Assembly: GCA_046484135.1 (NCBI GenBank)
Contig: JAWOBU010000110.1
Span: 1-39,408 of the forward strand
Reading direction: 5' to 3'
Source: a bacterium
GTDB lineage: Bacteria > RBG-13-61-14 > DATKZS01
Length of the DNA: 39,408 bases
Shown here: piece after piece, positions 17,995 through 25,956 of the stretch
Position numbering within the stretch: the first letter of the stretch is position 1
Layout: each line of letters opens with the position of its first letter
Notes under the pieces: model-generated
Databases searched by the model: none
What the model was told of the DNA's origin: nothing
The model's input: only the letters and a program-made list of their open reading frames with translations
Program-made: the position numbers and the translations under genes

Positions 17995-19409
17995 AGGTAT
18001 TGCACGTCCGGCCTCCCAAGATCATGGGCGCCCTGGAAGAGAGCATGGTCCAGCATCCGGTAAACCTGCTATATCTTGCCGCGGCCGCCCGGCAGGCCGG
18101 CCACGAGCCCCATGTCCGGGACTTCGAAGTGGAGAAGTTCTCCGAGCGCATCGTAAAGTCCCGCACCCGCGAGCTCTCGCCCGAGCTGGTGGGGATTACC
18201 TGCCTGACCTGCAACGTGAAGATGGGAGCGCAGATTATAAAATGGATGAAACAGGTAAAGCCCGACCTGTTTGCAGTGGTGGGCGGGCCGCACGGCAGCG
18301 CCATCCCGGAGCGGACCCTGGAGGAGTTCCCGGAGCTGGACGCCGTTATAATAGGCGAAGGGGAAAGGACCTGGGCGGAGCTGGCCGATAAGCTGGAAAG
18401 CGGCGAGTCCCTTGCCGGCACCCGTGGTCTCGCCCATCGCAGCGGAGGCGGCATCGTGACGGAAGAGCGCAGGCCTCTTATCCGGGACCTGGAGAGCCTC
18501 CCCTTTCCCGCCCGCGACCTGATTGACCACTCCCTTTACAAAGGGGCGTCCTCGCCGGGACTCGACGCCACCCTGCACCGGTCCACCGAGCTCTTCTCCA
18601 GCCGCGGCTGCCCGGAGCGATGCATCTTCTGCGCTTCCAAGGTAACCTTCGGAAGGACCGTGCGGTTCCGGACCCCCGAGAACTTCCTGGCGGAAGTGGA
18701 CGAGTGCATGGAAAGATGGGGCTACCGGCACTTCACCATCGAAGATGACACCTTTACCTACCGGCCCGGCCGCCTGGCGGAAATCTGCCGGGGCTTAAAG
18801 GAGCGGGGCGTAACCTGGGACTGCGACACCAGGGTGAACCTCATAAGCCGGGAGATGCTGTTCATGATGGCTGAGAGCGGCTGCCGGAAGGTGGCCTTCG
18901 GGGTCGAGTCCGGCAGCCCGGAGATACTGGCCAAGCTGCAAAAGGACATCAACATAGACCAGGTCAGAAAGGCCTTCAGGTGGGCCCATCAGGCCGGGCT
19001 CATCACCACCGCCTTCTTCATCGTCGGCGGACATCCCAGCGAGAACTTCGAGGACGTCGAGATGAGCGTGTCCCTCATGAAGGAGATAGACCCGGACCTC
19101 ATGGCAGTGGCCATAGGTGTGCCCTTCCCCGGCACCGAGCTAGAGCGGCTCATGCGGGAGCGGGACCTTATCTTTGCCGACAGATGGGAGAAGTTCACCC
19201 ATATCCACTCGCGGCCCTGCTGGAGGACCGAACATTTCTCCTCCCGGGAGCTGGTAAGGCTCCAGAACACCCTCTTCCGCAGGTTCTTCCTGCGGCCCCA
19301 CTTCGTCGCCAAGACCATGAAAAAGGCCATGAGCGTACAGGGTATTCGCTATTACACCCATTCCTTGTGGCAGATAGTCCGGTATCTGTTCCTGGAAAAG
19401 AGAAACTAA
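17991..19409 (+). CDS. Cobalamin-binding radical SAM protein (class B methyltransferase-like)
   Basis: N-terminal B12 domain (LLYLAA, VVGGPH, IIGEGE), SRGCPERCIFC, DDTF, GVESGS, PFPGTEL. Confidence 0.92.
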   Translation: MKVLHVRPPKIMGALEESMVQHPVNLLYLAAAARQAGHEPHVRDFEVEKFSERIVKSRTRELSPELVGITCLTCNVKMGAQIIKWMKQVKPDLFAVVGGPHGSAIPERTLEEFPELDAVIIGEGERTWAELADKLESGESLAGTRGLAHRSGGGIVTEERRPLIRDLESLPFPARDLIDHSLYKGASSPGLDATLHRSTELFSSRGCPERCIFCASKVTFGRTVRFRTPENFLAEVDECMERWGYRHFTIEDDTFTYRPGRLAEICRGLKERGVTWDCDTRVNLISREMLFMMAESGCRKVAFGVESGSPEILAKLQKDINIDQVRKAFRWAHQAGLITTAFFIVGGHPSENFEDVEMSVSLMKEIDPDLMAVAIGVPFPGTELERLMRERDLIFADRWEKFTHIHSRPCWRTEHFSSRELVRLQNTLFRRFFLRPHFVAKTMKKAMSVQGIRYYTHSLWQIVRYLFLEKRN

Positions 19410-19451
19410 GCTCGACTTTGAAAGGATCAGTTGCTATCCTTTGCGGAAGGG

Positions 19452-21611
19452 ATGAGCGCAGACCTTGATTACATTTTCCGGCCCCGGGCCATAGCCATTG
19501 TTGGCGCCAGCCGGGAAGAGGACTCGTTTGGCGCCCGGGTGGTGCGGTGCCTGTTGGAAGGCCGCTACCAGGGCCCGTTGTATCCGGTGAACCCTAAAGC
19601 CAGGGTCATCAACTCCCTGCCCTGTTATCGCCGGGTGGAAGATATTCCCGGTCCCGTGGACCTCGCAGTAGTGGTGGTCCCGGCCGCCCGGGTACAAAAG
19701 GCGGTCGAGCAGTGCGCCAACAAAGGGGTCAAGGCCATAGTGGTCTTAAGCTCCGGCTTCAAGGAAGTGGGAAGTAAAGGCGAGGAGCTCGAACGCAAGC
19801 TGCTCAAGCTGGTCCGCAAGCACGACCTGCGACTGGTCGGTCCCAACTGCATGGGGGTCATAAACACCGAACCCGAGGTCCGCATGAACGCGACCTTTGC
19901 TCCCGCGGCCATGGGGCCGGGAAGGATCGCCTTTCTGAGCCAGAGCGGGGCCATGGGGGTCGCCATCCTCAAGTATGCCCGGGAGCTTTTCCTGGGCCTG
20001 TCCATGTTCATAAGCGTGGGCAACAAGGCGGACGTATCAGCCAACGATCTGTTGGAGTACTGGAAGAACGACCCTGCAACCGAGGCCGTCCTGCTTTACA
20101 TGGAAGGGGTGGGAAACCCCAGAAGGTTCATCCAGATTGCACGGGAGATTACTCCCCGAAAGCCGGTGATAGCGGTGAAGGCCGGAAGAACCGCCTCCGG
20201 CATCCAGGCCGCGGACAGCCATACCGGCGACATCGAAGCTCCCAAGGTGACCGTCTCCACGGACGCGGCCGCGGACGCCCTGTTCCGGCAATGCGGGGTG
20301 ATCCGGGTGCATACCCTGGAGGAGATGTTCGACCTGGCCCGGGCCATTATCAACCAGCCGCTCCCGGCGGGAAACAGCGTGGCAGTGCTCACCAACGGCG
20401 GCGGACCGGGCATCATGGCCTCCGACGCACTGGAAGGTATGGAGCTCGAGGTCCCTCCCCTGGACCCCCGCACCATCGCCGAGCTCGAGAATTTCCTCCC
20501 CGGCGAGGCCAGCCTTAAAAACCCGGTGGACATGCGCGCCGACGCCGGGCCGGAGCTGTACAGGCGTTCCATTCCGCTTCTCTTGGAGGACCCTAACATT
20601 GACGCCCTCCTGGTCATTCATGTCGAGTTCGAGTACGGCGAGGTCTCCCGCGCCATCCTGGACCAGGCCCGCGGCGCCGACAAGCCGGTGCTGGTGTGTT
20701 TGATGGGAGGCTCCGCCGAAGACCCCGGACGCCGGCTTCTCCAGGAGAACAATATCCCGGTCTATTCCTTTCCGGAGTCCGCCTGCCGCGTGGTGCGCCA
20801 CCTCAGCAACTACCGGCTCTACCGGCACAAGCAGCCCGGCAGGATCAAGCACTACCGGGCGGTGGACCGGAAAAAGGTGGCCTCCGTTTTCCAGAAGGTC
20901 CGCGAGGAAAACCGGCAGGAGCTCACTCTCGACGAGGTCCGGGAGGTGGCCCGGGCCTATGGCGCGCGGATTCTTTCGAGCGAGCCGGCTCGATCCGAAC
21001 AAGACGCGGCCCGGATCGCCCGGCAAGTGGGCTTCCCGGTGGTGGTCAAGGTGCTCTCCGAAAAACTTCGCAAGAAGTCGGACGTGGGAGGCGTGATCCT
21101 GGACCTCCGCACCGAGGCCGAGGTCAAGAAGGCCTTTCACAAGGTCATGGAAAATGTAACCTCGAAGTTCCCGAGCGCCGCCATAGAAGGCGTGCAGGTG
21201 CAACAGATGTTAAAGGGAGGCGAGGAGCTCATAGTGGGCGCCGACCATGACCCGGTTTTCGGCCCGGTGCTCAAGGTGGGCGCAGGCGGGGTCCATGCCG
21301 ACATCGTGCGAGATTTTCAGTTCCGGATCGTGCCGGTAACCGACCAGGAGGCCATGGACATGATACGGTCCTTGAACATATGTCCGTTGCTGGAGGGCAG
21401 CAGGGGAAAAGAAGGCATCCACCTTCCCACTCTCATGGACCTGTTGTGCCGGGCCAGTCAGCTCATCGAGGACTTCGAGGAAATCCAGGAGTTCGAGATA
21501 AACCCGGTCATCATCCCGCCCCGCAAAAAGGAGTTCTTCGCGGTGGACGGCAGAATGAGGCTGTTCCCCGGAAACCACCGGAGAGACGCGGTTGAAAAAC
21601 GCGAAACCTGA
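19452..21611 (+). CDS. NDP-forming acyl-CoA synthetase / Pat-like protein (CoA-binding, ligase and ATP-grasp domains, no GNAT)
   Basis: IAIVGAS, YPVNP, GPNCMG, SQSGA, SVGNKADV, SHTG, TNGGGPG, NPVD, KSDVGGV, DPVFGP, EINP. Confidence 0.9.
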   Translation: MSADLDYIFRPRAIAIVGASREEDSFGARVVRCLLEGRYQGPLYPVNPKARVINSLPCYRRVEDIPGPVDLAVVVVPAARVQKAVEQCANKGVKAIVVLSSGFKEVGSKGEELERKLLKLVRKHDLRLVGPNCMGVINTEPEVRMNATFAPAAMGPGRIAFLSQSGAMGVAILKYARELFLGLSMFISVGNKADVSANDLLEYWKNDPATEAVLLYMEGVGNPRRFIQIAREITPRKPVIAVKAGRTASGIQAADSHTGDIEAPKVTVSTDAAADALFRQCGVIRVHTLEEMFDLARAIINQPLPAGNSVAVLTNGGGPGIMASDALEGMELEVPPLDPRTIAELENFLPGEASLKNPVDMRADAGPELYRRSIPLLLEDPNIDALLVIHVEFEYGEVSRAILDQARGADKPVLVCLMGGSAEDPGRRLLQENNIPVYSFPESACRVVRHLSNYRLYRHKQPGRIKHYRAVDRKKVASVFQKVREENRQELTLDEVREVARAYGARILSSEPARSEQDAARIARQVGFPVVVKVLSEKLRKKSDVGGVILDLRTEAEVKKAFHKVMENVTSKFPSAAIEGVQVQQMLKGGEELIVGADHDPVFGPVLKVGAGGVHADIVRDFQFRIVPVTDQEAMDMIRSLNICPLLEGSRGKEGIHLPTLMDLLCRASQLIEDFEEIQEFEINPVIIPPRKKEFFAVDGRMRLFPGNHRRDAVEKRET

Positions 21612-21673
21612 ACCGGGGCGGGATTCCCCTTGCCCGGAAGAAAACAACGAAAGCCGGGCCAAGGAGTAGAAAG

Positions 21674-22804
21674 TTGCAGTCCGCTTTCCTCTACACCAGC
21701 AGCTTTTCCGAGTACAAGCTATCGGAGAACCATCCTTATGATCCCGTCCGCGGAGAGAAGGCGTATGACCTGATCCGCAAATACGGACTCTTCGAACAGT
21801 CCGGAGCCCGGATCGTGGCGCCCGAGCCTCTCTCAGTGGCCGAACTGTCTTCAGTGCACAGCCGCCATTACCTCGAGCTTTTGCGCCAGGCCTCGCGGGG
21901 AGAGTTCTTCCTGGGCATGATCGAGTACGGGATCGGTACCGAGGACTGTCCGGTGTTTCCCGGCCTGCTCGACTTCGCGAGCCTGGCCGCCGGGGCCACC
22001 GCCCGGGCGATCGAGCTGGTGCTTTCCGAAGGGTACGAATTCGCGTTCAACCCCATGGGAGGCTTCCACCACGCCGGTCGGTCGGTAGCGGAAGGATTTT
22101 GTTACGTAAACGACATAGCGGTTTCCGCGCGGCAGTGGGCGGACCGTGGCAAGCGGGTGGCGGTGGTTGACATTGACGCCCATCACGGCAACGGCACCCA
22201 GGACTTTTTTTACGGGGACCCGCGGGTTTTGACCATAAGCCTGCACGAGTCCGGAGAGAGCCTCTACCCGTGGGGAGGACATTTCACCGAGACCGGCGAA
22301 GGGGACGGCCAGGGCTTCAACGTGAACATCCCCATGCCCGCCAAAAGCGATGACGAGATATTCACCTTCGCCTTCAACGAGATCGTGCCGCCGCTTTTAA
22401 AGGCCTTCTCTCCCGACCTGGTAATGGGGGTCATGGGCGTGGACACCTTTTCCACCGATCCGTTGACCAACCTTAAGATGACCAATAACTCCTACGTGGA
22501 GGCGGTAAAGGTGTTGAACCGGATCGCGGCCCCCTGGGTCGCGCTGGGAGCGGGCGGCTACAACATGGACAACGTGGCCCGCGGCTGGACGCTTCTTTGG
22601 GCAGCGGTCCACGGCCTGGACCGGGGAGACGGCTCGACCCTTACCCTGGGCGGGGTGTTCATGGGGGAGAGCGACCTCGGTCTTGCCGGCCTCTTGGACA
22701 TGAGCGTGCGGACCTCGGGGCCGGAGAAGGCGGAGGCTTTGGAGAAGGTCGAGCAAGCGGTGGATTACGTGCAGGAAAACGTGTTTCCGGTTTTAGGAGC
22801 GTAA
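21674..22804 (+). CDS. acuC: Zn-dependent histone deacetylase family protein (AcuC-like)
   Basis: HPY.P.R, DCPVF, GGFHHA, GFCYVND, DIDAHHGNG, SLHE, GVDT..DPL, GAGGY. TTG start with AAGGAG RBS. Confidence 0.88.
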   Translation: MQSAFLYTSSFSEYKLSENHPYDPVRGEKAYDLIRKYGLFEQSGARIVAPEPLSVAELSSVHSRHYLELLRQASRGEFFLGMIEYGIGTEDCPVFPGLLDFASLAAGATARAIELVLSEGYEFAFNPMGGFHHAGRSVAEGFCYVNDIAVSARQWADRGKRVAVVDIDAHHGNGTQDFFYGDPRVLTISLHESGESLYPWGGHFTETGEGDGQGFNVNIPMPAKSDDEIFTFAFNEIVPPLLKAFSPDLVMGVMGVDTFSTDPLTNLKMTNNSYVEAVKVLNRIAAPWVALGAGGYNMDNVARGWTLLWAAVHGLDRGDGSTLTLGGVFMGESDLGLAGLLDMSVRTSGPEKAEALEKVEQAVDYVQENVFPVLGA

Positions 22805-22817
22805 CAAGGGGGAACAG

Positions 22818-24767
22818 ATGCCTGGTACCAGGAGAAAAGACCGGCGGGGCATAAGCGGATGGAAGTCTCATTACGACCGGGCCTTGACCACGCCGCGCTC
22901 GGCCATATCAAAGGTCCGGCGGGGCGACCGCATCTTTATCGGCACGGCCTGCGGAGAGCCGCAAGCCCTGGTCCGCGCGTTGATCGAGAACCAGTCGGGG
23001 ATCGAGGACGCCGAGATTTTCCATCTTTTGAGCCTGGGGGTGGCGGCTTACACCGAACCCAAGTACAGCTCGGTTTTCCGCCACAACTCCTTTTTCATCG
23101 GCCCCAGCACTCGCGACGCGGTGTGGGAAGGCCGCGCCGACTACATTCCCGTCATGCTCTCCGATATCCCCCGCCTGTTCCGGGAGAAGCGCGTGCCCGT
23201 TGACGCGGCCCTGATCCAGGTGTCTCCTCCGGACAGCCACGGCTTCTGCACCTATGGCATTTCCGTGGACATAGTCAAGTCCGCGGTAGAGACCGCGGGA
23301 GTGGTCATAGCCCAGGTGAATCCGCGCATGCCGCGCACGCTGGGCGATTGTTTCATCCACGTAACCGATATTGACGTGCTGATCGAGCACGAAGAGCCGG
23401 TGCTGGAGTGGGTTTACGAGGAGCCGAACGAGGTCCAGACCGCGGTGGCGGAAAACGTGGCCACACTGATCAAGAACGGAGACACCATGGAGATGGGTAT
23501 CGGGACCATACCCGACGCGGTGCTGGCCCGGCTCCGGGAGCGGCTGGACCTGGGCATCCACACGGAGGTGTTCTCCGACGGGGTGATGGACCTGATCGAG
23601 GCCGGGGCAATAACCTGCTCCAGGAAGACGATCCACCAGGGGAAGATCGTGGCCTCCTTTGCCATGGGCACCACCAGGCTTTACCAGTACCTGGACAATA
23701 ACCCCTTCTTCGAGTTCCACCCCACCGAGTACTGCAACCATCCCTCCGTCATCTCCAGGAACGACCGGCTGGCGGCCATTAACGTTGCCCTCGAGGTTGA
23801 CCTTACCGGCCAGGTGAACGCGGACTCGCTCGGGTATCAGTTCTACTCCGGCATCGGCGGCCAGGCCGATTTCATCCGGGGCGCGGCCATGGCCAGGCGC
23901 GGCAAGCCCATTATCGCGCTTCCTTCCACCACCACCGACGGGCAGAAAAGCCGGATCGTGCCCAAGCTCTCCGAAGGCGCCGGAGTGGTTACCACCCGGG
24001 GGGACGTCCACTACGTGGTCACCGAGTACGGGGTCGCTTTTTTGCACGGCAAGAACATCCGGGAGCGGGCCATGGCCCTTATAAGCGTGGCCCACCCCGA
24101 CATGCGAAGCGAGCTGCTCGATTTTGCCAAGGACAAGAGGTACGTCTACCACGACCAGATACTGCCGGAAGGCAGCGGCGTGGTGTACCCGGCCGAGCTG
24201 GAGACCACTTTCACCACCAAGCAGGGGGTCGAGCTTTTCGTCCGGCCGCTCCGGGCCACGGACGAGGAGCTTCTGCGGGAGATGTTCTACGACCTTTCCG
24301 AGAGGAGCGTGTACATGCGGTTCTTCTCCCCTCTCAAGTCCATGCCTCACGAGAAGGCCCAGCTCCTGGTCAACCTGGATTACCAGCAGCAGATGGCGCT
24401 GGGCGCCTTTTTCGGAGAGACCCCGGACTGGAAGATGGTGGGGCTTGCCCAGTACATGCTCGACCCGAGCTCGAACCTGGCGGAGGCCGCCATAGTGGTT
24501 CTGGACTCGTGGCAGGGCCACGGTATCGGTAACTTTCTTTTCAACTACCTGGTCCGGGTGGCCCGCCAGCGGGGGGTGGAAGGGTTTACCGCGGAGATAC
24601 TTCCCCAGAACAAGTCCATGCTTCACATCGTGCAGAAGTCGGGTTACACTATGACCACCCGCTTTGAAGAGGGGGTCTATCTTCTGGATATCCCTTTTGA
24701 AGCGGAGCCGGGACCGGCAGCCGTCTCTCCCGGAGAGAAGGAAGAGGACGGGAAATCCGGTTCCTGA
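22818..24767 (+). CDS. Acetyl-CoA hydrolase/transferase fused to a C-terminal GNAT domain
   Basis: VSPPDSHG, GIGTIP, GIHTEVFSDG, EVDLTGQV, SGIGGQADF.RGA, VVTEYG; then RPL...D..LS.RSVYMRFF, AEAAIVV.D.WQGHGIG. Confidence 0.92.
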   Translation: MPGTRRKDRRGISGWKSHYDRALTTPRSAISKVRRGDRIFIGTACGEPQALVRALIENQSGIEDAEIFHLLSLGVAAYTEPKYSSVFRHNSFFIGPSTRDAVWEGRADYIPVMLSDIPRLFREKRVPVDAALIQVSPPDSHGFCTYGISVDIVKSAVETAGVVIAQVNPRMPRTLGDCFIHVTDIDVLIEHEEPVLEWVYEEPNEVQTAVAENVATLIKNGDTMEMGIGTIPDAVLARLRERLDLGIHTEVFSDGVMDLIEAGAITCSRKTIHQGKIVASFAMGTTRLYQYLDNNPFFEFHPTEYCNHPSVISRNDRLAAINVALEVDLTGQVNADSLGYQFYSGIGGQADFIRGAAMARRGKPIIALPSTTTDGQKSRIVPKLSEGAGVVTTRGDVHYVVTEYGVAFLHGKNIRERAMALISVAHPDMRSELLDFAKDKRYVYHDQILPEGSGVVYPAELETTFTTKQGVELFVRPLRATDEELLREMFYDLSERSVYMRFFSPLKSMPHEKAQLLVNLDYQQQMALGAFFGETPDWKMVGLAQYMLDPSSNLAEAAIVVLDSWQGHGIGNFLFNYLVRVARQRGVEGFTAEILPQNKSMLHIVQKSGYTMTTRFEEGVYLLDIPFEAEPGPAAVSPGEKEEDGKSGS

Positions 24768-24816
24768 ACAGAACGAGCCTGCAAAGCCCGCGCACACTCG
24801 GGCGAGGAGGCGGTGA

Positions 24817-25947
24817 ATGGCGCTTGACATTTCCATTCGACCGGTGAGCACGAAGAGCGATCTAAAGACCTTTATGAAGCTTCCCTGGAAGTTCAACTCC
24901 GGAGACCCGTGCTGGGTGCCGCCGCTTTTGTTTGATGTCAAGAACAAGCTCTCGAGAAAGCGCAACCATTTTTTCGACCACGGCGAGGCCGAGTATTTTC
25001 TTGCTTTCCGGGGCTCGGAGCCGGCCGGCCGCATCACGGCGCAGGTGGACTACAACTATGACGAGCAGTGGGGACCGGGCACGGGCCAGTTCGGTTTCTT
25101 CGAGTCAGAGGACGACCCCGCGGTGGCCAAGGCCCTGTACGACGCTGCCGCGGACTGGCTCTCCGGCCGGGGCCGGAGCCGGATGCAAGGCCCGTTCAAC
25201 TTCAACATCAACGACGAGTGCGGATTGTTGATTGACGGGTTCGAGACCCCTCCCATGTTCATGATGACTCACAACCCCCGCTACTACGCCCGGCTCTTCG
25301 ACAATCACGGGTTTAAAAAAGCACAGGACCTTTACGCTTACTGGCTGCCTGCCGACGTGGACCCGCCGGAGGACGTGGCCCGCTTCGCCGAAGACATCAG
25401 GTCTCGCGGAGACGTGGTGGTCCGCAACTGGAACATGAAGGACCACAAGGGAGAGATGGACCGCTGGCTCGAGGTCTACAACTCGGCGTGGGAGAAGAAC
25501 TGGGGCAGCGTCCGTCTTACGGAAAAGGAGTTCAAGGCCCACTCGCTGGAGCTGCGGTTTTTGATGGACCCCCGGCTCGCTTTCTTTGCGGAGACGAAAG
25601 ACGGCGAGGTCGTGGGAACGGCCCTTACCCTGCCCAACTTCAACGAGTACTTCGGACAGTTGAACGGACACGTGTATAACCTGCTTCCCACCCTCTGGTA
25701 TCCCATGGTGGTGAAGAAGCGCTACCGGTCCTGCCGCGTCTTCACTCTGGGCGTAAAGGAAGAGTACCGCAAGTCGGGCGTGGGAGCGGTGTTCTATTAC
25801 GACACCCTGATGGCGGCGAAAAGACTTGGCTACGAGTGGGGCGAGATGAGCTGGATACTGGAAAGCAACGACGCCATGAACCGGGCCATCGTGCACATGG
25901 GCGGAAAAGTTTACAAGACCTACCGGATTTACGAGCTGGATATATAG
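24817..25947 (+). CDS. GNAT-fold N-acyltransferase resembling the bacterial ceramide synthase (bCerS) / YghO-like family
   Basis: F.KLPW..DP.WVPPL, GRITAQVD, FGFFESEDD, GPFNFNINDECGLLIDGF..PP.FMM.HNP.YY, LGVKEEYR..G, EMSWILE.N..MN, YKTYRIY. Confidence 0.7.
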   Translation: MALDISIRPVSTKSDLKTFMKLPWKFNSGDPCWVPPLLFDVKNKLSRKRNHFFDHGEAEYFLAFRGSEPAGRITAQVDYNYDEQWGPGTGQFGFFESEDDPAVAKALYDAAADWLSGRGRSRMQGPFNFNINDECGLLIDGFETPPMFMMTHNPRYYARLFDNHGFKKAQDLYAYWLPADVDPPEDVARFAEDIRSRGDVVVRNWNMKDHKGEMDRWLEVYNSAWEKNWGSVRLTEKEFKAHSLELRFLMDPRLAFFAETKDGEVVGTALTLPNFNEYFGQLNGHVYNLLPTLWYPMVVKKRYRSCRVFTLGVKEEYRKSGVGAVFYYDTLMAAKRLGYEWGEMSWILESNDAMNRAIVHMGGKVYKTYRIYELDI

Positions 25948-25956
25948 GAGGGGCTT

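Noticed and set aside
13537..25037. Long antisense ORFs such as 13537-15354, 15065-16372, 20037-21203 and 22908-25037
   Set aside because: They are GC-rich codon shadows of well-supported plus-strand genes with no motifs of their own.
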